This document shows, in pieces, positions 14,573-30,485 of a stretch of DNA of 64,000 nucleotides. The DNA lies in the NCBI GenBank assembly GCA_951406725.2, contig OX597835.1:28086001-28150000 (forward strand). Reading direction: 5' to 3'. Under the pieces are notes generated by a model. The model made no database searches, was not told the DNA's origin, and worked only from the letters and a program-made list of their open reading frames with translations. Position 1 is the stretch's first letter, and every line of letters starts with the position of its first letter. The position numbers were made by a program, and so were the translations under genes. Source of the DNA: Octopus vulgaris (taxonomy: Eukaryota).

Positions 14573-14606
<34 letters not shown>

Positions 14607-14629
14607 TTTTCTATCTATCTATCTATCTA

Positions 14630-14675
<46 letters not shown>

Positions 14676-15284
14676 TACATACATACACACACACATATAT
14701 ATATGTTCATAGGTGCAGGTGTGATTGTATGGTAAGAAGCTCGCTTCTCAACCACATGGTCCCAGGTTCAGTCCCACTGTAGGGTACCAAGGTCAAGTGT
14801 TTTCTACTACAGTATTAGTCTGATCAAAGCGTTGTAAGTGGATTTGGCAGACAGAAACTGAAAGAAGCCATGTGTGTGTATGTGTTTGCCTCACACCACT
14901 TCTTGACAACCAGTATCAGTCTGTTTATGTACACATAACTTAGCAATTCAGCAAAAAGGAACTGATAGAATAAGTACCAGGCTTAAAAAGAAATAACTAC
15001 TGGGGTCTATTCTTCTGACTAAAAATTCTTTAAGGATGTGCCCCAGCATGGCCACAGTCTAATGACTCAAAGAAAGGACAAAAGATACACATACACCCAC
15101 ACACACACACACACATACGATAAGCCTCTTTCAGCTTCTGCCCACCAAATCCTCTCACAAGGCTTTGCAAAAACCCAAGTCTACAGAAAGAAGACACTTG
15201 CCCAAGATGCCATGCAATAGGATTGAACCCAGAACCATGTAGTCAGGAAGAAAACTACTTACCGCACAACCGCACCCGCACCTA

Positions 15285-15610
15285 AAAGGACTACTGTTCA
15301 TTCTGCTAAGCCTCGCTCTATCGATGACATCAGGGCTACGATTACTCACGTGATTCAGGGCGTAACTGAAGAATCAAACTGCAAAATATATTTCTAAGAC
15401 TTCAGATTCGCAGAATGGTTTGTATTTTGTATTTGTGAATAACAGTGTGTGGGGTGTAGAAAATTGATGATTTTAGTTATAAGTCTCATTAAAAATGTAT
15501 TAAATTGTTTCACTTATTCTTTTACGAAGATTACTTCTACAATTTTTCAGAAATAAGGTTATATAAAATTAAAACAGTACGAGGAGTACATATAATAAAC
15601 CTGCGTGTAT
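15285..15610 (+). mobile_element. Tc1/mariner-like transposase C-terminal remnant
   Basis: TTVHSAKPRSIDDIRATITHVIQGVTEE resembles the post-catalytic V-Y-x-x-KP-x-[ST]-I-x-x-L segment; ends at ...cgtgTA. Confidence 0.45.
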
Positions 15611-15641
15611 ATACATACATACATGTATATATATACACTTG

Positions 15642-15673
<32 letters not shown>

Positions 15674-15891
15674 CATACATACATACACATATACATATCG
15701 CTGTGATTGCCGCCGTGACCAACCAGGCTATCGGATGTTGCGACACATCGCTGGTCACAATGCATATATATATATATATATATATACGTGCACACACATA
15801 TGCATATATGCATAGATATTTACACAACCATATATATATATTTATGTGTATATGCATATATGCATGTGTGTACGTATATTAACGTGTACAA

Positions 15892-15954
<63 letters not shown>

Positions 15955-16560
15955 TGTATGGATACATGTATTGGAATATTCTTTATGTTATATGTTTCGT
16001 TTCTCTGTTTTTTGTTGTTGTTTCAAAAAAAAGTTCGTTTTTATGTTTTTGTTTTTATGTTTTCATTTCTCATTGTGTTCAAAGTTTTTTTGATGTCCTG
16101 TACCCATATATGCATGTAGGTATGTACATATATGTATGCATATATGCATATATCTATATATTATTTATATTATTATAATATAGATATATATATATAAATC
16201 TTTACATATGTGTGTGTGTGTGTATATATGTATGCATGTATTTGTATGTATGTATATATATATATATACACACATGCACACACATGTATATGATCATTCA
16301 GGCAGAAGGTCAGTAATTTTGAGGGGAGGGGCGAAGTTGATTACATCAACTCCAAAGCTCCTCTGATACTTCTCTTATCAACCTTGAAAAGATGAAAGGA
16401 AACTCGATCTCCACAGAATTTGAACCCAGCACCAAAAGAGCTGGAGGAAATGCCACGAAGCAGTTTCTCTGATGCACAAATGAATCTGCCAGCTCCTCGT
16501 CTGATTAACAACAACAACAACAACAACAACAATAATAATAATAATAATTAATTCTTTTAT

Positions 16561-16618
<58 letters not shown>

Positions 16619-16884
16619 GATGATGATGATGATTTTATTTATTGTCACAAGAGAGAATAATGGTCTTGAAATTGTGGCAGAGGGCCAGCAATTTGAGGGA
16701 AGGGGAATGAGTCAATTACTTCAATCCCCAGCCCACAACTGGTACTTTATTTTATCAACCCCCCCCCCAAAAAAAAAGATGAAAGGTAAAGCTGACCTTG
16801 GTGGAATTTGAACTCAGAATGTAAAATGCAGCTAAGCAGTTTTCCTGGTATGCCAAAGATTCTACCACCTTGCCACTATATTAC

Positions 16885-16934
<50 letters not shown>

Positions 16935-16950
16935 TGATGATGATGATGAT

Positions 16951-17498
16951 AAAACGCCCTGATGCAGTACCAGGCAGTGGCTCTCATGGCTTCTGATCTT
17001 AACTGATTGAAAGTGTTATCATGTACATTGTTTTGTCTTGGTATAAAATATGGGCTACAGCAAATATTCTGCTCAGTACCACAGATTTGCTTGTGACCAG
17101 TTGAGCGTGTCCCTTGGTAGCTAAAGATATGTGCATCTCTGATAACAAGCAGAAGTAGTTGGGGGAGCATCGTAGCCATGTGTTGAGAGGAATTCTTTGA
17201 GGCTTGGATAATTCACCTCTGCAAACATGGGTGTTTTGTTTGACATCTTTAAACAACCCTTATTCAGGGACCTTTTTATGCGGGATGGGCTACTTGACCT
17301 GAAGAAAATTTTAACTGGGCCCCCACTTGCAAAGTCATGTGCTGTATATTTTGATATGTGATCACCATGTCACGCACATATGGTTATGATGCATGTGTCT
17401 AGTGTAGCTTTATCAGACGAGTAGTGATGATGGGTGTACTGGGCTTCGTATATTTGTACTCTGGTGTCACTTAGATGGCACGCATTGCTCTCTCACTC
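16951..17498 (+). mobile_element. ~550-bp non-coding interspersed element embedded in (AAT)n
   Basis: aaacgccctgatgcagtaccagg...gctctctcactc|aat. Full copy at 30932-31482, partial copies at 3810-4020 and 52515-52670, 3' tip at ~45568. Confidence 0.75.
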
Positions 17499-17502
17499 AA
17501 TC

Positions 17503-17546
<44 letters not shown>

Positions 17547-18003
17547 CATAATCATGATGATGATAAGGATTTCGGATTTTGACACAGGGCCGGCAGCTTT
17601 TGAGGGTTGTGGAAAGTCAATTATATCAACCCCAGTATTCAGCAGGTATTTATTTCATCAGCCTTGGATTTGAACACAGAACATAAAGGACGGGTGAAAT
17701 GCCATTAGGCATTTTGCACGGTGTGTGAATAATTTTGTCAGCTTGCTGCCTTAATAACAACAACAACAACAACAATAATAATAACAATCCTTTCTACCAA
17801 AGGCACAAGGCCTGAAATTTTTTGCTGGGGGGGGACTAGTCAATTACATCAATCCCCAGTGTTTCACTGGTACTTAATTTATCGGCCCTGAAAGGATAAA
17901 AGGCAAATTCACTCTGGCAGAATTTGAACTCAGAATGTAGTGACGGACGAAATACCGCTAAGCGTTTCGTTCAGCGTGCTAACGATTCTGCCAGCTCTCC
18001 GCC

Positions 18004-18065
<62 letters not shown>

Positions 18066-18141
18066 CATAATAATAATAATCATAATAATAAAAATAGCAA
18101 TAATAATAATGATAATAATACTAATAATAATAATAATAATG

Positions 18142-18180
<39 letters not shown>

Positions 18181-18455
18181 GTAACAACGATAATAATGGT
18201 TTCAAATTTTAGCACAAGGCCAGAAATTTTTCGGAGAAGGGGATGTATCTATAACATTGGCCCCCCAGTACTCAACTTGTACTTATTTTATCTATCCCAC
18301 GATGATGAAAAGCAAGGTGGACTTTGGCAGAATTTGAACACAAAATGTAAAGACGGGTGAAATGCCGCTAAGCGCTTAGCCCGCTGTGCTAACGATTCCG
18401 CCAGCTCACAGCCTAAATAATAATAACAACAATAATGATGATGATGATAATAATC

Positions 18456-18515
<60 letters not shown>

Positions 18516-19099
18516 GTAATACTAATAATAATAATAATAATAATTATAGTAATAATAATGGAATTAATATCGCGCAAATACAAAAGAGAAATGGTTTTTT
18601 GGGCTGCAAAGTATTTTTGCATCGTTAGCAGAAAACTCATTAAGTATGAAAGATAAAAATAAACATAATTAATTGTCACAAATTAAACTTAACAAACCTA
18701 CAAATAAATTGACAATATATATATAGTAAAAAACATACATACTTATATACATACATACATACATATATGTACATATGTATATGTGTATGTGTGTGTGTGT
18801 GTGTGCGTGCTTGCAGGTATGTATGTATGTAGGTAGGTATGTGTGTGTGTGTATGTATAGGTGCAATGTTATATGGACATGGTGAATGCTTGGTCACAAG
18901 ACAGCAGTAAAAGTGATGTTACATCATCGCCAATGGAAACGGTTGGTTAATCAGAATTTAACCATTTTAACCATCTACATACAATCCGGAGCGTGAGAGT
19001 TTCCGGAAAGTGACGGAAAGTGTCGAAAATTTAAGATTTTCTCTCACGGTCAATCACGTTTGTGTGCAAAAAATAGGGGGGGGGGGGTAGGGGTGGATA

Positions 19100-19238
19100 A
19101 AAAAACAAAAAAACTTTACAGTGAGCTCTACATGTGTGTATATGTGTGTGTATGAGCATGTGCGAATGTGTGTGTGTGTATATGTGTCTGGTTGTATGTG
19201 AGTATATATATGTATGTATGTATATATGTGTATATATA

Positions 19239-19270
<32 letters not shown>

Positions 19271-19307
19271 GTATGCATGTTTATATATGTATATACACAC
19301 ACACATG

Positions 19308-19349
<42 letters not shown>

Positions 19350-19485
19350 CACAAATACACACACATATATATATGCATGTATATATTTATGAATATAGAT
19401 GTGTGTGTGTATATGTGTATATGTATATATGTGTAAATACATACATACACACACACATATATGTATATACATATATATATGTATG

Positions 19486-19525
<40 letters not shown>

Positions 19526-19925
19526 CACAAATACCTATATATTTGTTTTATTCATCTCTTCCACAACAATATATACCTTTTTCAATGATTTTCTCTTATT
19601 TCTTTCTTTTCTTTTTCTTCCTTTTTCTCTCTTTTTTTTCTTTTTTTTTCTTTCTTGGCGTCTAAATAAGATCAAAATGAAAATTATGACTATATTCGTG
19701 ACATCATCAACTCACCACCCTTAAAAAAAATTGACAAAACAAAAACACAAAACAAAATACCACCCCTTCTACAACACACAAACACACACACACACACACA
19801 CACACACCTTGTTTCTGTATTACATCATTTATTTCAAAGGAACTTCTGACAGTTTTTAAGGGATTTTGTTGTTGTTGTTGTTGTATTGAAATGCTACACT
19901 TTACAAATTTTTAGCTGAAGCTTGT

Positions 19926-19974
<49 letters not shown>

Positions 19975-19975
19975 T

Positions 19976-20024
<49 letters not shown>

Positions 20025-21016
20025 GACACACATACACATGCATAAACATTCACGCATATGATTCTCATAAACACGTACATATGCACACACATATAAGAGT
20101 ACATTCACACACTTTCACACAAGCGTGCACTCACGCACATATGCTACACACACACACACATGCACACAAAGACACATACACACACACACACATGCACACA
20201 AAGACACATACACAGACACACACATGCACACAAAGACACATACACAGACACACACATGCACTCTTTCATCTTTCCCTCTCTCTCTTTCTTTCTCTCTTTC
20301 TCTTCCTCTCTGTCTCTCAATCTATTTCACACTTGCACACTCACATACACACACATGCACATACACGCACTCATATAAACACACACACATACACATGTAA
20401 ACACATTTGCACAAACACGTGTTTTCTCACTCACACGCATGCACACATACACACACTTTTATCCTTTCATCTCTCTCTCTCATGCACACACATGCACACA
20501 CATGGGCACTCATACACACATACACACACACATAACTACACATTTGCATGCACACACAAACGTACATTTACTCACACATTCACGCAAGCACACATGCGTC
20601 TGCACACATGTACCACACACACACACACACACATGCACACTCATATACACACACAAATGCACATTCGCACTCACATATAAACATACATTCACACATACAT
20701 TTACACAAACACGTGTATTCACACACACACATGCACACATACCACAAACACACACTTACATGCACACACACACACACACACATTCATATTTTTCTCCTCT
20801 TCTTTCTATCTCTCTCTCTCTCTCTCTCTCTCTTTCTATCTTCTCTCTGTGTATTCATGTAGTTTTTCTCTTTTTCCTTCACTTTTCTCTCTTCCTCTTC
20901 CTTCTTCTCTCTCTCCCCCTCTCTCCCCATCTCCCCCTCCCCATCTCCCCTCCCCCTCTCTCTGTTGCACATTCACACACATACAGTCATATAAACACAT
21001 GCATACCCATACCTAT

Positions 21017-21053
<37 letters not shown>

Positions 21054-21319
21054 ACTTACACAAACACATATGCATACTCACACACACACACACAGTTTTT
21101 ACGTCTCTCTCTCTCTCTTTTTTTCTACCTCTCACGTGCGCACACACACACATGTACACACTTTCATCTCCATCTTCTATCTAAATATCTATCGCCTTTC
21201 ATCTCTCATCCTTTCTCTCCTTTTCTCCTCCTTCTCTTCCTCCACCGCCTATTTTTCCTCTCTTCCTCACTTCTTCTTTCGTTCTATTTCTCTCTCTCTC
21301 TCTCTCTCTCTCTCACTCA

Positions 21320-21359
<40 letters not shown>

Positions 21360-21576
21360 TGCAAACAGTCACACACGTGCACACATATTCATCTCTCTCT
21401 CTCTCTTCTCACTCTCTCACTCTTTTCTTCTCTCTCTCTCCCTTTCTCTCCTCTCTCCTTATCTCTTTCTCATCTCTCTCTCCTTCTCTCTCTCCTTCTC
21501 TCTCTCCTTCTCTCTCTCCTTCTCTCTCTCCTTCTCCCTCTCTCCCTCTCTCTATCCCTCTCCCTCTCTCCCCATC

Positions 21577-21617
<41 letters not shown>

Positions 21618-22444
21618 CACACACAATATATATATATATTCTCTCTACATATCTACCTCCCTTATTTCAATATTTTCCCCTTTCTCTCCCTCTTTTTCTC
21701 CTTCCCCCTCTCTCCTCTTCTACCTTCCCTTGCTCTTCAGTTTTCCATCTCTTTTCCTCTCTCCCTCTCTCTATCTCTCTTTTTATATCTTACCCTCTTC
21801 TACCATCTCACAGCCCTTTGCTTTCTCTAACACACCTTATCTCCGTATCTCCCTTTCATTATCTACCTCCCACTATTACTTGCACCATACACTCACACTA
21901 ACACACACACACACGTACACCTATACAAACACACTAACACACACACACACACGTACACCTATACAAACACACTCATGCTCAACATGCTCACAGTCACGTG
22001 CACATACATACAGATGATGATGATGATGCACTCACACTGAGAGCAAAAGAATAAAACACACACATACATACACACACACACACACACACGTAGATGCGCA
22101 TGCACACACATACCCCTCAGACATAAACATGCTCAGATACACAGAAACACACATGCCCACACACACATGCACACACACATACACACACACATACACACAC
22201 ACATACCCATCAGACATACACGTGCACACACACACACACACATGCATGCACACAGACACACATACACATACACATACTTATCAGACATAAACATGCACAG
22301 ATACATAGACACACACACACACACACACACATTCAAACATACCATTCACACATGCAGAAATACACACTTACACACACACAAACTTACAGACATTCACAAG
22401 CTTATGCATGTGCACACATAGAAAACTATGCATACACACACATA

Positions 22445-22506
<62 letters not shown>

Positions 22507-22865
22507 TACATTCATGCATGATCATATCTACACAGAAACACACAAATGTAAAAAGCATGCAAACATACATATGCACACGTATATACAATACAAAAAGCTA
22601 AAAAAAGCACATAGATGCACACATGCATATGCATACACAAATGCACACATGTACACAAATACACACACACTCACACAAGCACACACACACAAACACAAAA
22701 AGAAAAAGTACATATATACATTCACTCAAACACAAACAAAAAATACATGCACATACACACACACATGCACAGTCACGCACACACACACACATGCGTGCAC
22801 ACAGACACACATACATATACACATACCCATCAGACATAAACATACACAGATACATAGACACACAT

Positions 22866-22914
<49 letters not shown>

Positions 22915-23052
22915 CATGCACACACACACACACACACATGCACACACATACAGGCACAGTCACGCACACACACACACATGCATGCACACAGACACGCATA
23001 TATATACACATACCCATCAGACATAAACATGCACAGATACATAGACACACAT

Positions 23053-23089
<37 letters not shown>

Positions 23090-23190
23090 CACACACACAC
23101 ATTCAAACACGCCATTCACACATGCACAAATAACACACTTACACACATACAAACTTACAGACATTCACAAGCACACACACACGCATTTGA
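19100..23190. repeat. Compound microsatellite field (TA, CA, CT)
   Basis: Almost continuous dinucleotide repeats; source of the HTHT/IYIY/LSLS pseudo-ORFs. Confidence 0.95.
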
Positions 23191-23289
23191 TGTTTTTCAT
23201 CGTATATGATAAATATTGTAATATGTTTTGTCATTATCAAGTCATTATGTTTTGTATTCGTTTATCGTTACATAATAAACAACTCCCTG

Positions 23290-24260
23290 TTTGTTGTGTT
23301 TTTTTCTAACAAGTTGTTACCTGCTCACTTGTCTAGCTGTGTTGTTGCCAAGTTGTCGCTTGCTGAATTGTATGTGACGTTTTGTGTTGCTAGGTTGTGT
23401 TGCTGCCAACTTGGCTTCTTGCCAAATTGTTTGTTGGGTTTCATTTTGTCAAATTGTGTTGTTACCTAGTTGCCATTTGCTGAATTGTAATTGTTGTTTT
23501 GTGTTGCTAGGTTGTGTTGTTGTCAACTTGGCATATTGCCAAATTGTTTGTTGTGTCTCATGTTGTCAAATTGTGTTGTTACCTAGGTGCCACTTGCTGA
23601 ATTGTTTATTGCATTTTGTGTTGTCAAATTGTGTTGTTGCCAAATTGCTTCTTGGTAAGTTGTTTGTTGCAATTTGTGTTGTCAAGCTGTGTTGTTGCCG
23701 AGTTAGCTTCTTGTTAAAATGTTTGTTGGGTTTTGTATTGTCAAATTGTGTTGTTGTTAACTTGTCTCTTGCTAACTTCTATATTGCATTTTGTATTGCC
23801 AAGTTGTGTTGCTGCCAAGTTGCCTCTTGCTAAATTGTGTATTGGGTTTTGTATTGTCAAATTGTGTTGTTGTTAACTTGTCTCTTACTAACTTCTATAT
23901 TGTGTTTTGTGTTGCCAAGTTGCCTAAATTGTTCATTGGGTTTTGTGTTGTGAAACTGCATTGTTACCTAGTTGCCACTTGCTGAATTGTTTATTGCATT
24001 TTGTGTTGTCAAGTTGTGTTGTTGTTGCTGCTTCTTGCTGACTTGTCAGATGCATTTTGTGTTGTTAAGTTGTGTAATTGCCAAGTTGCCTCTTGCTAAA
24101 TTGTTGGCTGTATTTTATATTGTCAAGTTGTGTTGTTGCCTAGATGTCTCTTGCTAAATTGCTTGTTATGTTTCATGTTGTTGTCAAATTGTCTTCTGCT
24201 GAATTGCTTTTCAAGGTGCAATACTACTAAGTTGTCTATTGCTGAATTGTTGCATTCAGT
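23290..24260. repeat. Degenerate GT-rich minisatellite (~60-bp higher-order unit)
   Basis: Recurring gtgttgttgccaagttg...cttgctaaattgt...gtcaaattgt. Confidence 0.75.
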
Positions 24261-24550
24261 GTTCAATCACTCACTTTCCCCTTCCAAACTGCTAAGTTAT
24301 AGGAACACAAACAAACCAACACCAGTTGTCAAGTGGTGCTTAGGGACAACTGCAAAGATAAAGACACTCTGTCTCACTTTCTCTGTCTCACTTTCTCTAT
24401 CTCACTCCATCTCTCACTCTATCTCACTATCTCTCTCTGTCTCTCTCTCTGTCTCTCTTTCTGTCTCACTTTCTTCTCTGTCTCACTCTCTCTCTCACTC
24501 TCTCTCTCTCTGTCTCACTCTGTCTCACTCTCTCTCTCACTCTCTCTCTC

Positions 24551-24593
<43 letters not shown>

Positions 24594-24739
24594 CATACTG
24601 ACACACACACATTCACTCACTTATGTATGACGGGCCTCTTCCAGTTTCTGTTCTCCATTTCATTAATAATAATAATAATAATACAATTCCATGTAACCAC
24701 AACAGAAGCTACACAATCAATTCCATGTAGCTACAACAT

Positions 24740-25555
24740 AAGTTGCTGGAAAAAATAGGTGGCATTGGCTGATGAAAGGAACACTAAAAAAAGAGACCAA
24801 AAGCACTATACTGGCAGTGCAAGACCAAGCTTTGGCCACAAACTTGAGGGTCAACCTTAGGAATGGGCAAGTGTGTCTGCTGTGCCGCATCTGCAATAGA
24901 GTGGATGAAACCATTGCCCATATCATGAACGAATGCCCTAGACTTACTTAAAACCACTACACGTTGTGGTGACATGACCAGGTGTTGAAAGTGCTACATT
25001 TGAAACTGTGTGAAAAGTGGGGTCTAGTGAGAGGCAAGACATGGTATGAGCACAAACTGCAGAGAGTGGCAGAGTCAAAGACTTGTAGAATCCTCTGGAA
25101 CTTCCCAATCTAAGTAGATCAGGTGCTAGAACATAACAGACCGGACCTAGTGGTGGTGGACAAGGTGCACCACATATGCTATATAGTTGACGTTGCATGT
25201 CTCTTTGAGCCACAAATAGTCAAGAAGGAAGACGAAAAGATAGATAGATACAACCCTCTTAAGCACGAAATAGCCCAGGTATGGAAAAAGAATAAGGTGA
25301 AGATGGTGTCAATTATTGTTGGGTCCTTGGGGACAGTAACAGAAGGCATCAAGAAGGATATAAAGGAAATTGGAATAGAGTGCCCTGTAGAAATTTTACA
25401 AAAGGTTTGCCTTCTTGGCACATCTAGAATAATCAGGAACATATTAGATAGCTGAAAAGAACAGATAACATGGTACCGTAGACTGCAGATAGTAAGCCTG
25501 CTATGCATGTAAGACTCCAGGAGCTCCAACAAGAACTGTGATAAGGAGAAAATAA
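24740..25555 (+). mobile_element. 5'-truncated non-LTR retrotransposon with restriction-like endonuclease (R4/Dong-like)
   Basis: WLMKGTLKKETKSTILAVQDQALAT; CCHC finger CRICNRVDETIAHIMNEC; HNRPDLVVVD...IVDVA...K; stop codons present; ends in aataat. Confidence 0.85.
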
Positions 25556-25609
25556 TGAATAATAATAATAATTTTCAATGATGCCTTCTGGTTTGTGAAA
25601 AAAAAAATT

Positions 25610-26218
<609 letters not shown>

Positions 26219-26225
26219 TGAACAT

Positions 26226-26525
26226 GTAGGAGCACTAGGAATGATCAAGAAGGGAACCGAAAATTATGAGAATGATCCCTGGCTTACCATCCCTGCAAGA
26301 AGTGTAAAAGATTGTCTTAACTGGTACATCACACGTATTGAGAAGAGCATTGTCAATGTGAGAACTGTTGCTACTCATGTATTTTAATTTAACTTTAAAA
26401 AAAAATGAACGAACTATTGAGTTTAGTTTAATGGCTTACCAATGTATACTATGAGTTTCTTTGCCCTAGGAATCGGGAAGACACTCGGCAAGAAATGGAA
26501 GCAAATTTGAAAGAAGAAAAAAAAA
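26226..26525 (+). mobile_element. Third REL-type LINE 3' tip
   Basis: VGALGMIKKGTENY...IPGLPSLQEV*KIVLTGTSHVLRRAL, then 3'UTR and (AAT)n. Confidence 0.75.
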
Positions 26526-26735
26526 ATAATAATAATAATAATTGTATCAAATTATGTTCCAAAGGATTAATTGATTATGCAACTGTGTAAGGGATTAGTC
26601 GGTTATTCAACTGCCGTATTTGACTGGCACTTTATTTTATCAACCCTAAATAAGACCAAAAACAAAGTTGACCTCATCAGTATTTAAACTCATAACATAA
26701 AGACTATAACAAAAACAACAACAACAACAACAATG

Positions 26736-26777
<42 letters not shown>

Positions 26778-27422
26778 GTAGTAATAATGCTCTCTTTGTG
26801 ATAATTGTTTCCATTGGTATAGTAATCTTAGCGGTTCTTTTCTCCTTCTATCTGCCATCTGCTTCAGTGAATGATCTTATCAAACTGCTGTTCGTTTTCT
26901 CTAAAAGCAGCTCTAGGCTTTACGATGATTTAGGTGACTCACCTTGATCACCAGATGGAGAAAGACAGGTAGATAATTATATATACAAATATATATACAT
27001 GTATGTGTGTGTGTATGTATGTTTGTGTATCTGTGTATGTGTGTGTGTGTGTATGTATGTTTGTGTATCTGTGTATGTGTGTGTGTGTGTGTACATGTTC
27101 ATACATATATCTACATAACTATGTGCACACAGACACACACACACACACATACATTTACATACCTGTGTACATATGTATATGTATATAAATGTGTATCTAT
27201 CTATCTATCTATTTATCTATCTATCTATCAATCTCTCTCTCTCTTTATATATATATATATATATATATATCAATATCTATTTTTCTTTCTATCTATCTAT
27301 ATATATATATTTTATGTATATATAAATTATATATATAGTACATGCATGTTTTTCCTGAAAAACATACACACACATCATTTAACATCATACATATGTGTAC
27401 ACTCACACATGCACACACACAC

Positions 27423-27487
<65 letters not shown>

Positions 27488-27502
27488 CCTATAACTATAT
27501 GT

Positions 27503-27547
<45 letters not shown>

Positions 27548-27777
27548 CATATGTATATATATATACATACCTATAACTATATGTACATATATATATATGT
27601 ATAAGTATGTGTATGTTGATATGTGTGTGTGCGTGTGTGTGTGTCTGTGTGGGTATGTATGTATATGTATGTATGAATATATGTATATATGTATGTATAT
27701 ATATATATATATATATATATGCATACATATATGGAAAAATACATACACACACACACACACACACACAAACAAACATG

Positions 27778-27809
<32 letters not shown>

Positions 27810-28211
27810 CACACACACACACGTGCGCATACACACTCAGGTATAGAGTATGGGGAATGGGTGTATAGGTAAGATCTTCAATAGATTCCATACATGAGGA
27901 CTTTAAAAAGGACAGCTGTTGTAAATATACATCCTGTTTTGCATTATATGTCATTGGATAGAAATCCCTCATCTCTCATTCTCTCTCTCTCCCCATTTCT
28001 CTCTCTCTTTATCTCTCTCTCTCCCTTTTTCTCTCTCTCTGTGTTTTCCTTAGTTTTGTGTATACTTAACAAGAAATTAGATACAAACTGCTTGCTAAGT
28101 TGTAGATTGCTGATGTAATATATAGCCAGCTTTTGTGCATGTGTGTATGTGTGTATATGTGTGTGTATATGTGTGTGTATGTGTGTGTATATGTGTGTGT
28201 ATGTGTGTATA

Positions 28212-28242
<31 letters not shown>

Positions 28243-29166
28243 ATGTGTGTATATGTGTGTGTATGTGTGTGTGTGTGTGCACGTGCGTGTAGGAATATTC
28301 TTTTATTTTTTCATTTTTTTACTTGTTTCAGTCATTTGCCAGCAACCATGCTAGGGCACTGCCTTGAAGGGGTTTTAGGCAACCGAAATGACCCCCAGGA
28401 TTTATTTTTTAAGCTGATTTCTTACTCTATCAGTTTCTTTTACTGAACCACTAGGTTACAGGGACGTAAACACACCAACACTGGTCATCACGTGGTGATG
28501 GAGTGACAAACACACACACACACACACACACACACATGTGCACACACACAAACTCACACATATATACGATGGGCTTCTTGCAGTTTCCGTCTATGAAATG
28601 CACTCATAAGGCCTTTGTCAGCCTGAGGCTATAGTAGAAGACATTTGCTCAAGGTGACACGCAGTGGGATGGAACCCAGATTCATGTAATTGGGAATAAA
28701 GCTTCATACCACATAGCCACACCTATGCCTATATATGTATATATGTTTGTGTGTATATATAATTTATGTATGAATATATGTATATATATATATACATGTG
28801 TATATATTTATATATATAGATATATGTGTGTGTGTGTGTGTGAGTATAGATATAAGTGTATGCATATATATATATATATATATGACTACACTCACGGAGC
28901 AGTTGGCGTCAGGAAGGGCATCCAGCCGTAGAAACATTGCCAGATCAGACTGAGCCTGGTGCAGCCTCCTGGCTTCCCAGACCACAGTTGAACCGTCCAA
29001 CCCATGCTAGCATGGAAAACGGATGCTAAACGATGATGATGATGATATATATATGTATGATATATATATGTGTGTGTGTGTGTGTATGTATGTATATGTG
29101 TGTATGTATCTATATATATATGTGTATATATCTGTATGCTTATATGTGTGTGTGTGTGTGTGTGTG

Positions 29167-29216
<50 letters not shown>

Positions 29217-29223
<7 letters not shown>

Positions 29224-29467
29224 GGTGCATAATTATTGGAGCTTTTTCCAACAAATTTTATTCAACAAAAACAATAACAACATGTAACAAAAACATCTTT
29301 AAATGATTATTCCGGAGCATATTCACCATCTACTTCAATCACTGATTCCAATTTGTTTGGCAGACGGTCAGACCGTCATTTAAAGATGTTTTTGTTAAAT
29401 ATTGTTATTGCTTTTGTTGAATAAAATTTGTTGAAAAAAACCCCACATTAATTATACACCAACCCAA
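29217..29467. mobile_element. Mariner-derived MITE with long TIRs
   Basis: ttggattggtgcataatta...taattatacaccaacccaa, ~95-bp arms; minus-strand spacer reads DRLPNKLESVIEVDGEY (mariner C-terminus). Confidence 0.75.
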
Positions 29468-29589
29468 TCATCATCACTATCATCATCATCACCGTTTAAC
29501 ATCCGCTTTCCATGCTAGCTTAGGTCGGACGATTTTGACTGAGGGCTCGCGAACCAGATGGCTGCACCAGGTTCCGATCTTGATCTGGC

Positions 29590-30060
29590 AATTAATAGTA
29601 CAATTAATATTAAAGTTTGGTGATAACTTAACTGTATTATCAGAGTTGTAATTACTAAGAGAATTGAAATCTAGTGCAGAAAAATTATCATTAGAGTTAA
29701 TTTCACAATACACATTATCTATTCTATTCTTGTTTATAGATTTAGAATTGAGATATTCCCTAATTCTCTGTTTATTGTGTGCTGCTATGATCTCAGATTA
29801 ATTTCTAGTGGTTGAATATGAAAACTTTATACTATGGTGATTAAATAATTTCCCATATTTCCCATATTGAAGGTGGGAAATATCTATCCAGTGCAACAAA
29901 AAATTTTGAAGGATATTAGTAGCTATTGAATACATGAATGGAGCATTATACCAAATAATATTTCTTGATCTATTTCTATTATTTATATATATGTTTTACT
30001 TAGTATTTACTTTACTAATATTGGATTTTCTCCTACAATAACTTTTATTCTTAATTTATT
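29590..30060 (-). mobile_element. Penelope-like element linker fragment
   Basis: Minus strand RSRNIIWYNAPF...ATNI, typical of the PLE RT-to-endonuclease linker; frameshifted. Confidence 0.7.
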
Positions 30061-30084
30061 ATCATTATTATCATCATTATTATT

Positions 30085-30485
30085 CAGTAGTCTTATTTTT
30101 ATCACATGCTTTCATTGCACTACCAAACATAGCTCAGAGTGCATTGGGTATGTGCCTGTGGGTATTTGTTGTGATGATCTTATTTTTACTGTATTGAAAG
30201 TGTTTTACACAGAATGTGTGCAGTGCCTAGCAGTGCTAGTTTCTGTATGTTATATATACTTGTTAGTCCTGGTGTTTATGTCATGTATTTCTCTGAATAT
30301 TTCTTTATCATACCCAATGTGCCCACTATGATAGGAATTGTTTCTGATTTTAGATTCTACATTCAAGTTACCTCTATTTCCAGATCTTTGTATTTTGAAA
30401 GTTCCTCCATTTCTTTTAGAGAAACATTGTCATCTGCTGGTATTGATACATCGATTAGAAAGCATTTTTTTCTTGATGATCTCTG
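30085..30485 (-). mobile_element. REL-type LINE 3' fragment
   Basis: KCFLIDVSIPADDNVSLKE...KYKDLEIE...IPIIVGTLG...IQKLALLGTAHIL; its 3' end abuts (ATT)n. Confidence 0.8.

Noticed and set aside
19031-23309. Long His/Thr-, Ile/Tyr- and Leu/Ser-rich ORFs up to 463 aa
   Set aside because: Translations of (CA)n, (TA)n and (CT)n microsatellites.
23290-24260. Cys/Leu/Val-rich membrane protein ORFs
   Set aside because: Product of a degenerate GT-rich minisatellite; similar peptides appear in all three frames with stops.
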